A DNA stretch of 64,000 bases from Sphagnum compactum (lineage: Eukaryota), in contig OZ234493.1 of the NCBI GenBank assembly GCA_965153455.1, forward strand, positions 18,032,213 to 18,096,212, in the 5' to 3' direction. Within the stretch, counting starts at the first letter, position 1. Every line of letters begins with the position of its first letter. Both the position numbers and the translations under genes were made by a program. Positions 40,058 to 53,419 of the stretch are shown piece after piece. Under the pieces are notes generated by a model, which saw only the letters and a list, made by a program, of their open reading frames with translations, ran no database searches and had not been told where the DNA came from.

Positions 40058-40969
40058 GTAGGTCTGCACTTTTGGGGAGATGTGTAATTTCCTACCTCAG
40101 TACAGGGATTGCATGGAATTTTTTTCCTTGTGCAGAGTATTCAAGGTTAACGACAGGGAATAAAGAGAGTAAACCTGATTTTAAGTTCTCATATGCAATC
40201 TCTTGGTTTTGAATGGGAGTGTTTTGAAGCTTGATTTTTGCTCATTGCCATACTCTTGCAAACCTCATTGCCATATTTTCTCTTTCTCTTTACTATTTAT
40301 CAATTTTTTTTTGTTGCTTGCTTTTGTAATCTCTTTGTTGATTGTGCTAGCCAGAATGATGGCTGAGTCTTCTAGTTACCCCCAGACTTTGGCTGGTTTA
40401 ATCAATAACCACAAGATTTAGCAAATGAAGTTGTCAATGCCTCTAACATGATTTTATATCAAGCTTTGTGATGTAAAGGTAAGTCTTCACGTTTATGGAC
40501 TTGTTTGGAGGGGAAATGTGTGTTGGCACTTATACATCTGAATGGTGATGTATGTTTGCTCCTAAATGGTGATATTTGATTTGTGCAAGGTTATTCATGT
40601 AGGAAGGAGAATCTGCATTTCAACCCTAAGGATTCAACTATGGAGCCTAGGTTGTCTCAAAACATGCAAATTGCAGCCACATCAACTCCAACAAGTTGCT
40701 GGTGCCATCATTGTGTTTATATGTGGATCATCTAGTTATTCAAGTTAAGTATTGTTGATTACATTAAGGTAGGAACCCATGTTCAATACAAAACATTTTT
40801 CCATTTTTGCAAAACTTAAGGTGAGTGTGCTCAGTGAGTTTTTATTAGATTAATGGAAAACATTTTCTATGTCCACTTTGTGTGTGTGATTATGAGCCAT
40901 GGTAACCCTAACCCTAGAACATTGTTAATTAAACCCTAAAATGCTAACCTCAATTCATAATGTTAAACT

Positions 40970-41600
40970 AGGGTCCATTATTCCTTTTCAATAAAAAATA
41001 TTTTATAAATTATTTAACATCGCCATGTGGCATGTTTCTATTCCTCAATCTTTAGAAGATGTGGCAGATTTGAAATTTCCATTCAAATAATAATGCGACA
41101 CGTGTCAAGATCCTCATTCTTGACATTTGATGAATGGGATATATCTAGGGTTTTTTAATAAATATTTAATTGCCATGATGTTCGTAATCAGACACATGGC
41201 AGATTTCGATTAACCAAACACAAAAGATGTGGCCATTTCTTGGCCATAAGATTTAGAAAATTCTAGATCATCCAATATCACGATTTGGGAAAATCAAACC
41301 TTTTAATAAAATGCCACATTTGTAAACAGAAACATAAGAATTAGATGGTCCAGATATGTTTTTGGTATGTACATCAATTAATTTCCCAAATATTAGAAAC
41401 CATGCCATGTGGCAACAACCCATTAGTTAATTTTTTAAAAAACATGGCCACTCCCTACCCACAAGATCAGGAAAATTGATCTTACATTGTCTTACCACAT
41501 GTGACAATCCCAATGTGTTGAATCTAATGACCTAGATAAATCTAAAAGGATTTAAAGAAACATAATTTAAGTATTTCAATAGTTTACATGTGTCTCTGTT
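40970..41600. repeat. Subterminal region with multiple (TGC)CATGTGGCA/ACATGTG motifs
   Basis: About ten degenerate copies upstream of the CACTA-like right end. Confidence 0.55.
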
Positions 41601-42829
41601 GGAGTTTGGATCCACCAAAATAGTTGTAATTTATAATCGCAAAATGATGCCTTGTATACATTATGTATATACTAGTCCCATCGGATGAAACAATATATAC
41701 TAAATTTAGTCTTCATCTACCATTTGATGACGTCATCCTAATGTAATGTTTCATGCAACTATTTGTCGTCTGCGACTTGTCTTAGGCGACTATTAAATAG
41801 TTAGTTGTAAAATGTCTCTTTCGACTAAAAAACAGTCATAGACACCAGTTGCAAATCAAGTTTTTCCTTCTTGTGCATCAACAAACCCTTGAAATAACCA
41901 AACAACATTGTTGTGATATCAAAAAGGGGAACATGCCAACTTAACAACTTTGGAATGCTTAAGGTTTTATAGAAAGGATTTTGACATACTAGAATAGGAA
42001 AAATGCTTGCCAGTTTTGTAAGAACCACCGAAAGTTCAATGTGTCCATTTTGCACTTGTAGACCACTCGCATTCTCAATGCACAAAGAAAATGTGGCTTG
42101 GGGTATGAAACTCCTCACCAAATATCCTAGGTTTTTTTTTTTTGTCAATTTCATTTTTGAGGTTCATAACCTCTTGACAAAGCTCTACAAGCTGATGACA
42201 TGTGAAACTTCTCTTCGCATCAGGAGCACCGGTTTTCAACCTCTTATGATCAAGCAAAAATCCCATTGAGCATGAGCCTTGGCACATCTGTTTCTTCTCC
42301 TTTCCCATGTGCTGCAATATTGGATATTTTTTTGTTAAATTCATAATGCCTAATACTTATCAAAGCAGAACACCCTTTGATTTGTTGAAATGCTTATCCA
42401 TAGCTTTGCTTCATGAACATATGTGCAATTTTTTTGAATATATTGTTTAACCTAATGTTACCCAATGGGGTCATAATATCCAGCTTCTAAATACTTGTTC
42501 TTGTTTACCTTGTTTGCCACAAATGGTTGGAATCAGTGACTAAAATCTTCAAAGTGTTTTGTAAGTTTGTTTATAGATTGTTAAACTTTACACATTTAGT
42601 GCCAAAACCTCAATGTCTTTAAGTTGGGTACAAAACTAGATTAGTGCTATCATAACAACTCCTCACTAGACAAGCCAAGTAGAGCTGCAAGAACCCCAAT
42701 TAGAGAACTATTCCAAAAATTCTAGTAGAAACCAAACTCCCAACTGTTTCTACAAGAAGTTCAAAAAATGGAAATGATGGGAGTTTGTTGGAAATAAAAG
42801 AAGAAAAGTTGTGGGTGGGTAGTGGATAC

Positions 42830-43217
42830 CTCTCTAATGAAAACCAAGGGTAGAAGCGATCTCGTGAACCACAAAGATGTAGAGCTCCCCTCCTACTTTA
42901 GTCCTTAGAGTTTTGAGAGAAAGAGGAGAAAAAGAAGCTGTTGGGAAGAAAAGGTTAGTTTCGACCTCCCTAGATTCTAAGTCTAGAATTGCAATGCACG
43001 AGCCTTTCCTTAGGGCTTTTAGAGCCACACTCAAAGCTTGTTCCTCCATACTTCCTATGTAAATTCTAGCATTCAAATCAAACCTTGGGTCCTCTTTATT
43101 AGAGATCTAAGAAAAAGAGACAATTCTTGAGAGATAAGTTCTAGAAGCTGTTATGGTCATGAGCTCTTCTTGCATAGAAGATTTAGGCAAGCTTGTGGAT
43201 AAGCTTATCGCTGTCAT
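42830..43217 (-). pseudogene. ribB: Exon 1 remnant of an archaeal-type 3,4-dihydroxy-2-butanone 4-phosphate synthase
   Basis: 'VALKALRKGSCIAILDLESREVETNLFF...SPLSLKTLRTKVGGELYIFVVHEIASTLG' matches the RibB N-terminus from recall, with an archaeal-like RExET(D/N) motif. The in-frame Ser/Thr-rich leader has a stop at 43107-43109. The exon ends at GAG|GTATCC (donor 42829). Confidence 0.7.
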
Positions 43218-46200
43218 CCTTTTCCTCGCAACATTAGAGCTAAATATAGTTGACCAAAAAAAAAGAAAAAAAAAAAGGATACAATTCATGTGGGATGATA
43301 GATCAATCTAGCGATGATCAATCCTTCCCAAATGGAACTCATCATCTTATTCCCAAATGAAGATTGCATTAGTAATAGCAATGTGGAATGCCATTGTTGT
43401 TGCATCACTAAAACAAAACAATTTTAATGTATTGGATTGATTGAGAGCTTGCACCTTCTGTGGTTGCTCATGTTTGATGCTTCCTTGCCTTCTTGGCCAC
43501 AATGAACCAACACCCACCAATGCACCATGAAGGATGAATGATAAGTGGTCAGGAAACAATTTTTTGTTGGGTTTCAATTCCTTTGCTAACCATGGTGGTT
43601 ACCTAAATTGTTTTTTTTTCCTACCTACCTATTAACAACCCACAAGTAGGTTGTCAGTAGGTAGGTAGTAAAAACAACCTTTACATATGTATAAATAAAC
43701 CATCTACTTACCTAATAGTTACTATTTTCCTACCTACCTACCTATGCATGAGACCTATTTCCTATCACAAAACTTGGCATTTCTTGGCATTTATATATTT
43801 GATGGGGAGTTTGTCACCCTCTTCCATATACATCGTGAGGAGTTTACCACCCTCTTTCCATACCCTAGAGGTTTTGTAAGACTTGTCATTTACATTTACA
43901 TAAAGTATTCTGAAAAAAATTGTAATGCATTTGGAAGGCACCTTATATCCCATCAATTTCCCTCCTCGAAAATGGGAGGGATATTATGCATACTACTTAA
44001 AAGTGGGAAGGTTCTTACACCTAAAAGTAGGCATAATATCCCTCTCATTCCTACGCCTCATGATCTATATAAATTTGGCTCATGATAAATATTGCTTCAT
44101 GCTCTATGGTAGGTAAAGCCCATGGGTGGGGGACATTCCCAAAATGGGGGGCTGGACTTGGTTATTGTCTCATCTTAAACCCCTTATTTAAAAAATGCCC
44201 CTATCCTAGGGCTTTACTTTACACACGACACTTGGAATGGGGAAATTCTGAAAAGAACAAATTAAATCTAAAACTCTATCCAAACTCGTGACTTTAATAA
44301 CTTTTCAAATTTTAGGAACCTAAAGTGGAAAGTCCCCTTTTTAATCAAATTAGGATCTACCCCAAATGGAAGGTGTTACCCAAATTTAGGAACATGTGAC
44401 CTAATAGGTTGAAAATGTAAGCAAGTTATTAAACTGGACATGTGAATTAACTTGTTATTTAACCTAACCATATTTCTATGTGTGCTATGAGTGTACTAAA
44501 TTTCACTACAATGGCAGTTTTGATACACAATTAGGTACGGGTGGACTAATTTCACAATTGAACAAAGTGATGTCTTGATGATTTTTCTTACTGTCTTCAA
44601 ATGTGGCAATTGATAATATTTCTTAAGAGAATAAGGTTGGGCAGAAAATATCCTTCCATTGTTGTGCAAGAATCTTTTACAATATTTTTGTACCTTGAGT
44701 CATGGACAGCTACTTCATCGTTCACTTAGCCCTAACATGCAAAGAGAAGCAAATCATTTGGTTCATTGGCCTAATTATGAGCTTGAAAAATGAATTGTGA
44801 AAGAAATCTTGTATCTGTCAGGTGATTGAACCTAGAAGAAACAAAGGGACGCCCCTAAATTTTACTTACTAACAACACAAAAAAACATGGGTAATTGGTT
44901 CTACAGAAAATTTGAAGCAAAACCCAAATGAATTTTTCTAGTGAACAATTTTTGACAAGACTGCAACTTTTGCAAGGTAGGTCAAAACTCACAAGCCACA
45001 TGAGAATTCAAAAAGGTGAATTCACCCACCCAGAAAAATCTTGACATTTGCTTTCTTTCTCTAAAGGAGATAGAACAAAACAAAGTCTCAAATTCTAGCT
45101 TAAGAATTGCAGGTGAAGAAAAGAGTGATGGAAACAAAAATGAAAAAAAATCAAGAATTCAACTTGACACCCAATTAAATCAATTGGTGAATCAATCTCA
45201 CACCTAATGCTGGTGATGATGACAACAACGACGAGGTATCACGAATCAAATTCCATATAGATAGACAGATAAATACTGAAAATCAATGAATACAAGGAAG
45301 AAGGAATTCATGAATGCTCAAATAACCTCTAGAGTCTACATGAAACAAATTCAAATTTCAAAATATGTACAATTGGGTGCAAGTCTAGCAAATTGTAACA
45401 CAATTATGGGTGAACTTGCACTCAAATCATGTAGGGTTTAAGGTCTTGAATATTTTCCTTACTAGTTTGTTGCCTGCAATTAATGCCAAAATCTCATTAA
45501 AGTGGTTGATCCCCCATAGCTTCCAAGAAAGCAGGAAGAGACAAAAAGGGCTAGGTGTCTTGGGTGGATGCAAGTTATTTTGGAGCTCTCCACTTCTGCC
45601 ATATCCAAGTCCCTCTTTTTCCTTCTGGTTTTTTGGGTTAAATTTAACTAAATTTATTTTCAAAATGGCTAAAAATATGTGTTTTTCTTTCCCTCCTAGT
45701 AGAAAGATTTTGACAATTTTTTTGAAAAATCTCTAGATTTTTCTATTGGGTTCTAACATGTAGCCAAAAATGTAAAGGAGTCTTGAAGTTTCTTTCATTT
45801 TCATACCTAATCTATATTTAAATTTGGCTAAATCTTCTTGTGGATGATCGTCATTTTGGCTAGATCACAAAATTGGGGAAAAATATAAACCTTGCTTGAT
45901 GTTCCAACTAGTTCATTTGGCTTCACATTTTGAAGGATGTTGTTCACCCCATGTTAGTAGCTCCACCCCTATTACCCCCTATTTGAGCCTGGATCAATGT
46001 ACACTAATTATCACATTCAACATGATGCACACTTATGTCATGTTAGTGTGATATCCTTGCTTCATTCTCATTCAAGAGTGTGTGTGTTGATAGTGTGATT
46101 CATATTAATTAGTTCATGGATGCCCTTACATTTTTTTTAAAAAAATCTTTTGGGGAAGGAGTCACAATGATTATATCAACATCGATTTTTTTGGAACATT

Positions 46201-46454
46201 GGGTACTCCCCAATATAAGCACCTCTTTTGACCCAATATTGTAAAATAGAAAAAAATGTGCTCGCTTACTACCCACCTTTTTAGTTTATATACATGGGAA
46301 TTGAACTGTTGGCAAACCATATGGGATAAAATTGAGGTACTATATGAAACATCTTGGGAGAACAACATGGGAACTTGGGGAACCTTTTAAGAACATGATG
46401 GGACCACATTGAGAACAAGGAAAAAAAACAAAAATGCCTCCTCAAGATCAATGT

Positions 46455-46628
46455 CTTGTTGCAACTATGTTTTCGTTACATCACCTTTTTCTTGCAACTT
46501 TTTATTTAAATGACTATTGTCCTCAACGATTCGTCTGTAATGACTTTAAGGCTATTAGTCATTTTAGTCTTTTATGACTGGAATACCAATCATAAACTCA
46601 GTCATATATTTGAAATTGTTTTCTAGTG
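46455..46628 (-). mobile_element. CACTA-like right terminus
   Basis: Ends ...AATTGTTTTCTAGTG (reverse complement CACTAGAAAACAATT), with GCAACT/TGACT subterminal motifs similar to 41740-41875. Confidence 0.55.
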
Positions 46629-47559
46629 ATATGTACCATTGTCAATTTGTTGTTGAAATTTAGAAATTGGGCCACACTTATGAAAAGTAAATTTTCTCTA
46701 TTTTTAAAAAAAATTTGGCTATGCACATTTTTCTGTTTTATTTAAATGTACGAGCTTTTGCATTTTTTGTAAACATCTACATTTTGTTTTAATATTTGTC
46801 CAAACGTCTAAACTTATTCATTTTGTCTAAACATATGTGTTGTTCTTGTAAGTACATTGAGGTTGAGCTTGTGAAAACAATGAAGACTTTGAACTTGTGA
46901 ACACATTGAAGATGCCATCAAACTGACAAGTGTGTTCCTTTGAGCTCCATCCAAGTATGTCATTTTACACATTTCATTTTTTGAAAGGTCCAAATTACAA
47001 TAATCATTATTTCTTAATCTTTGTTGTTTTTTTTTTTGTTGATTGTAAAAAAAAAATCATCAACCAACCAAATCACAACTGCTTAACAAGTGATAGCTAT
47101 AACAATTTCATTAAGTTCTTTTTGCTCTTTTGTAGTTGGAATCAAAAGTGAAATTGTAATTGTTGCCTCCATTACCAAGTTCCAACAAGGATGATGTTGG
47201 ATCACAAACAAGTAAGTCAATCCTCCATCACCAAGTTTTGCAATCATGAAAAGAAGCTTCAAACAAAAACCTTCAAGGAGCCTCCATCATTAAGTTCTTT
47301 TTTGTTTCTACAATGTTAAAAGATAGTTTAAGTTCCAAATGTTGTTATTTTTGTTTGTGTAGGTGTCATTATGGTGGTTTTGATAGATAGACAATAATGG
47401 TCACTATTGGTTACTAGTTTTATCTTGTTGAATTTGAGCTTTATGCAATGCCTTAATTAAGTTCCAAATTGTTGTTATCTGTATTTGAAGCATTGGACAT
47501 AGACCCTCAATTGAATTCTCAACTCTTGTTGATGTTTGCTATATTGCATGATTACAAGA

Positions 47560-48560
47560 TGTCATATAATTTGTCAAAATTGGGTGAAAAGCTTGGACAT
47601 TGGGTGAAATTACAATTGAGTACATGGTTCATACATTTCTTTATTGACAAAATATGAAACCAATAGATGGATTGAACACTTTCAAATGTCCAAGGATACT
47701 TTTATGGACATTTGTAACCAAATGAGGCCTTTGATTTCAAAAGATGAATCTAGGTATAGAATGGCAATTCTTGTTGAAATTTGCATTTCATGTGTAATCT
47801 ACAAACTTGCGTAGGGTGTAAATATCTTTATTTGCCATTAAAAGATCCATTGTCATTCTTATGTTTCATGAAGTGTCATGGTAATCAATTTGATATCAAA
47901 AAATTCATTACTTGGCCAATGGGCAAAAATATGTAAATTATGATATTGTTGGATTAATTTAAAAATTGGTGTGGCATGCCTAATGTGATGGGTGTTATAG
48001 ATGGCACTTGCATTTTTATAGCAAAACTAGTTAGTCTTTATTCTAAAGGTTATTTCTTTCACAAGATGGGGGGGGGGGGGGGTACAACTTGAATGTGGTT
48101 TCACAAGTTGTGGTTGACAACCAAAAAATGTTCATGGATATTTATGTGTGAATGCTTGTGAGTGTGAACAACTCTCCTATGTTGAGGAAGTCTAGGTTGT
48201 ATCAATGTGCAATATTGGGGGTTTGTTTGACATGGTTGTTGGGTCACAAGATGGAGTGCACCACCTTATTTACTTAGAGATAGGGGGTATCCATTGCTTT
48301 CGTGGCTTATAACACCACATAAAGAAAAAGGGGAAGACCATTTAGTTTTGGAACTATTGTATAACCACAAACACAAGAGCGGTTTGTCAATGGTTGAAAA
48401 TGCATTTGGCATATTGAAGTAGACTTTCAAAAAAATTCTATAAAAAACTTAACTACATATAATTATTGTGCTTGATGTGTTTTATGCATGTTGTTTATTC
48501 CATAACCTATTATTGGGGAGAAAAAATATGGAGTTGGAGATGTTCATGCACAAAATTTCA
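47560..48560 (+). pseudogene. Harbinger (HARBI1/DDE_Tnp_4) transposase remnant
   Basis: Fragments 'RWIEHFQMSKDTF', 'CVIYKLA', 'GMPNVMGVIDGTCI', 'QVVVDN', 'YLLRDRGYPLLSWLITPH' and 'VENAFGILK', with many stops and frameshifts. Confidence 0.85.
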
Positions 48561-48899
48561 ATGGATTACATCATGGTGAGGAAAATGTTCATTCAAGGTC
48601 AAAGGTTATCATGATAGCAAAACATCGCAACCTAGAAATTTACCTCACTACACAACATCATTAACAATTGTACGAGGTATTCAATCCTTTTTTTTTTTTG
48701 ACATCCTTTCAATTTGAATCACATGCAAAAATGTGAACCTCTTTCAAAATCAAGATTGTTTGCAAGTCTATTCCAATTCTTCATTTGATGTGGTTTCAAT
48801 GTCTAATTTTAGATTGATATGTTGTGGATTTGGTGTAAGAACTAATCGATTGCCATGTACATCTTTTTGAAAGGCTAAGCTCATCATTTTTATAAACCT

Positions 48900-50330
48900 T
48901 GTTATTGCCTTGACCATGCCTTGCTAGGTTTGATTGATCTCCATATTTCGAAGTTTGAAATATTCCAATTGTTCTTGTGGAATTTCTTTTTGTGCCCAAG
49001 CTCATTTTTTCTAATTTGAATATTAACTTCATGGATATTGTTGATAAAATCAACCAATGCTACATTGCCCTTTTCTATTACTTCAACAAGGCTTTTATGA
49101 GCTTTTTTTTTTTGGTTTAACCCATATGCTCCCACTATTTTGCTAAGATTGACCAAAAACATTATCTCTAGTTAACTTTGTGTTTTTGTCTATTGTTGGT
49201 TGTGTATTATTTGTTGTGTGTTGAAATAAAGGAATACTTCCAACTTTTATTGGAGTGTGCATTGGTTGTGCAACTTGTTCCAACGGTGGGTTTGATCAAA
49301 GTTGTCCTCTTCCAAATTTGGACTTGAAAATGTTGGTTGAAACATTAGGCTTTACTAAGTTGCAATTGTCACATTGGTTTTGAGTCCAATTGGTGGAGAA
49401 GCAAAGTCAATTGGTGTGTTTTGTCCAAAAGTGTTGAGATTGGGAGGAATTGCCCAACAATACCTTTCCTCAAAAGTTTATGCATAATGTAATATTATAT
49501 AAACAAAAATGCATCTCTTTCCATAACTTCTTCATTGTTTAGTTCTTTGTTGAATTATTGATTTTCACATGGTGAAAAATTGTTGTAAGGTGGTGCATGA
49601 TACACATCATCATTTGGATTCTTGAAATCCCTTGAATGTGGGGATTAAAACAAGGTTTGATATTCATGAATGCATCAATGAGTTCAAAGAACAATTTGTT
49701 GAAGTTTCTCAGCAATCCTTGTGTGGCCTTGTATTCTACAAACATTTCCCAATAATTTTCATTGTGATTAGTAACACACAAATAATCATGGATTCTTTTG
49801 TAGTTTCCATACATAAACCCCCATTTGCCCTTGCACGTTGTTCCATTGCGGTGATGAATGTAATGACCATTGGTCATTACTAGTTCAAAGATGTGCTTCC
49901 ATTTTGTGATTGTTGTTTCCATATTGTTTATTGGATCAACAATGTCCAAGTCGGCTTCGTGCTTAACTTTCTTTGCACTTGTGGGGGCCAAGATTTTTGC
50001 ATTATTCCAATTGGCATATATGGGTTTTCTTGCTTCAATTTCTACATAGTCAAGATCAACAACCTTGTGTTTCCTTTTGTTCTTTTGAGTTGCATTCAGT
50101 GTTCTATCACCATTTTCATTAAGAACTGTGATGTTTGTAGAGTATCAAATTCCCATTATCCTCATACATTTCAAGTTATGTTTTCTATACAAGTTTGTTT
50201 TGCATTTTGTTTCTTCATTTAAAAAAATTTGTGTTATGAGGTTTGTGAATTCTTCCAAAGATATGCAAGGGAGTTTGACATTACTTGGAGCACCTTTGCC
50301 ACACTTGTTGTTGGTGCCATTTGGTGAGGC
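48900..50330 (-). pseudogene. Harbinger-associated Myb/SANT (trihelix)-like ORF remnant
   Basis: 'KWKHIFELVM..RNGTTCKGKWGFMYGNYKRIHDY..YWEM' (49539-49991), followed by a coiled-coil-like segment (48902-49162). Confidence 0.7.
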
Positions 50331-52918
50331 TGATTAAGGACAATAATTCATTATTTGTCAATTGTTTGTGGTTCACTTGTTGCAAACAATAGTCGATGAC
50401 CATTCTTGAAGAAATTTGATTGCTCACTTTCAAATGTCCTCATGTTAATTTTGATTGGAAATATGTTGAAGTCTATCCTTCATTGCAACACAAATCCTAT
50501 AGACCAGAGCCTTGCAAATTACATGTAAGGTATAATTTGTAGTTTTGATTTTTTGAGTAGCAATAAAATGCCAATAAAACATTGAGTTCCTTTATGAACA
50601 AAACGATGAGAGCACCTATGTTTCATAGAACTTGCAAGAAAGTGCATATGTTTAAAGTTTGCAAAATGGAATTCATAGGAGGGATATAAAAAGTTGGGAA
50701 ATCTAAAGAGAGAGGACAAGAATGCTAGTTAACATTAATTTAATCATTTGGGTTTTGAAGTCTTAAGTAACATCATTCATAGTTTTATTCTAAAATGTTC
50801 ATTTTTTGTAGATTTCAATGTTATTAAACATTGGCACTTAACATTGAAATAACCCCATTGCCATTTCATATGTCACTTCAACCTTGGTGTTAAGGAGGTT
50901 CACATGTTTGCACTCATTTGTTTTTTTAACATTGTAAACATTGATTTAATTTTGGTGTAAACACCAAGTGTGGTGGGGCCTTTAGTAAACAAACAATATT
51001 GCATGAAAATTTTCAAAAATTGACAACATTTAATTGAATTACATTTTAAAAAAAATTAAAAAATCACATTATAACCGTTAATATTAAAAATATTCCAAGA
51101 TTGTGAGTCAAATTATGGTGCTTGATTGTAAATTTTAATGATATATATATATATATATATATTGTTGGATTTAAGACCTATTGGACTTTTAATCCCCAAA
51201 ACAAAAAAAGGACTAAACATTTTTGCACATTATAATCAAAGTTTTTTTGGTGATGAATTCTCAACACTTGGTGACCCCCAAAAAAAATAAAATTATCATA
51301 GATTCATTGTGTTTTCGAAAAAAATTGCAAAATTTTGAAGAATTTTTGGAAAAAAAAGTTTCAAATTTTGCTTTTTTTTTGTATTTTCAAGGCATTTATT
51401 ATCACTTTTCTATTATTTGGACAATTTTCTAGAAGGTTGTTGCCACTTAGGACTAAATCTATTTTAGGATGCTTGTTGCAAAATGTTATTATGCCAAAAA
51501 AGTCAAGAAAAAACCTAGATAATAATAAATTTTTCATAAGGGAAAAAAATCCAAAACCCTAAAAAAATCTCAATCTTCTTTTTAATTTTGTTGTGTTCAC
51601 ATTGTATGGCTTCTTGATATTCTTTCTCTATTCACATGAGTTGGGTTTTGACACATTCTAGAAAACCATTTGGACAGTTACATCCATTGAAAACACACTA
51701 TTTTGGTCTTTGTTATTTTAATTGTCTATTTAGTTATGGGGCAATTTGTCACCTCTTTTTTGTTCTTTGGACAAATTTTTAGAAGGCCATCACCAATTAA
51801 TGTGAAATCTATCTTTTGATGTTCACCCACATAATTCTACTACAACATAAAATTGAAATAAAAAATAAAATCCTAATTACATAATGTTTATAGATTGAAA
51901 AATTCAAAATTTCTAATTAAAAAAAACCTTTTTTTTAACTTTGTCGTGTTCATTATGTAACTTCCTAAAATATTAGTAAAACCCTGTATATATATAAACA
52001 AGGATGGAAATCCATCCACAAAAAGTACAAGACATGTATAAGTAAGTGTGAACACACGAAAGGAAAACCAAGATAATTGCAATAGTAGTAATAAATGGAA
52101 GACATGGTGCTAAAAGGGCATCCTCTGCCACAAATAAGCTAGTGAAAGAGGTGCATTGATTGGTATGTGTGGAAGAGATAAAAAACTATGATTAAGTGTG
52201 ACACATTGAAAAATCACGATGGACTGTGCACGCTGGAAGGCTATCGACACTTGTTGCCTATAATAATATATAAACATCGAAGGTACCAAGGAGGTCTACT
52301 GATGGCAAGTTATACTAGCATGTACACAAGAAAATAGAAATGAATCAAAATGAGGATGGAAATAACCATAGGTCTCTATGGCAAGGGGAATGAAATCATC
52401 TCTTGGCGTTCATTCTATGTAGGATTGTGTTTTGTTTTGGCGACAATTGTTGCTGCATGCGTTGTCGTTGTTGAAGTTCACTGCACCAAATTTGTTTGAG
52501 TCAGATCGACAATGATAATATCCGCCAAGGTTCGAGCTCATATCTAGTGATGACAATATCCATTTGTTTTGGTGTATGGTAGGAAAAAAAATGGGAAACC
52601 TCTCTCTTTATGTGAGCTCCATTCTTTGATGAGATAATTACAATTATATTTTGAAACGTATAATGGGTTGTAGTGTGCTCACTCCTGCATGAGCAACATA
52701 ATACATGGATCCTCAAATCATCGATGGTATGACCACATTGACATCATGAAAGATGTGACATCACAGGATGTGATATATTGAGACAAATACGAAATGTTGT
52801 AATAAAATGGACGAAAGACAAACAAAATGAAGGGGTGTTAAACCCTTGTTGTTGGACCTACATAAGAGTGGAGATGTGTTCACATAACATCCGAAGGAAC
52901 ATATGCTAAAAGCGAAAT

Positions 52919-53419
52919 AAATTCTCTTTGTTCACATGAGCTAGGTTTCGACAAACTCTACCAAGCCCAACAAGACATTTATAGCCATTGAAAACACACC
53001 ACATGGCACACCAGATCTTGGCTTTAGTTCTTTGGCTCCTGCAAGCTTTCTTCTTCCCGCCACATTTTTCGCATTCACATTTTGTGGCTTCCCAAAATTC
53101 TCTCTCTGTTCACATGACCTGGGTTTGGACAAACTGTAGGCACCTGCCTGGACACATACAGCCATTGAAAGCGCACCACATGGCATAAGAGATCTTGGCC
53201 TTTGTTCTTTGGCTCTGCAGCTTTCTTCTTCAAGCCACATTTTTCATGTTCACATCATGTAACTTCCCAAAATTCTCTCTCTGTTCACATAAGCTGGGTT
53301 TAGACAAACTGTAGCAAGCCCAAAAGGACACTTAAAGCCATTGAAAACACGCCACATGGCACGCAATATCTTGGCCCTTTTGTTCTTTGGCTCCTGCAGG
53401 CTTTCTTCTTCCCGCCACA
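52919..53419 (+). repeat. ~176-bp tandem triplication in the MCM2 proximal promoter
   Basis: Units start at ~52919, 53095 and 53270 (AAATTCTCT..GTTCACAT..GACAAACT..GCCATTGAAA..CCACATGGCA..TCTTGGC..CTTTCTTCTTC). A decayed copy lies near 51620-51710. Confidence 0.9.

Larger units (their letters stand above)
23843..41875. mobile_element. Putative giant non-autonomous CACTA-type element carrying host gene cargo
   Basis: Left end CACTAGAAGAAAA (23843). Right end reverse complement CACAAGAAGGAAA (41875). Flanking 3-mer CAT at 23840-23842 and 41876-41878. CGACTA/CAACTA subterminal repeats at both ends. Confidence 0.5.
46660..50981. mobile_element. Decayed autonomous-type PIF/Harbinger transposon
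   Basis: Convergent DDE transposase and Myb/SANT-like remnants. The right end ...AGTGTGGTGGGGCCT is followed by TTA. The left boundary is uncertain. Confidence 0.8.
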
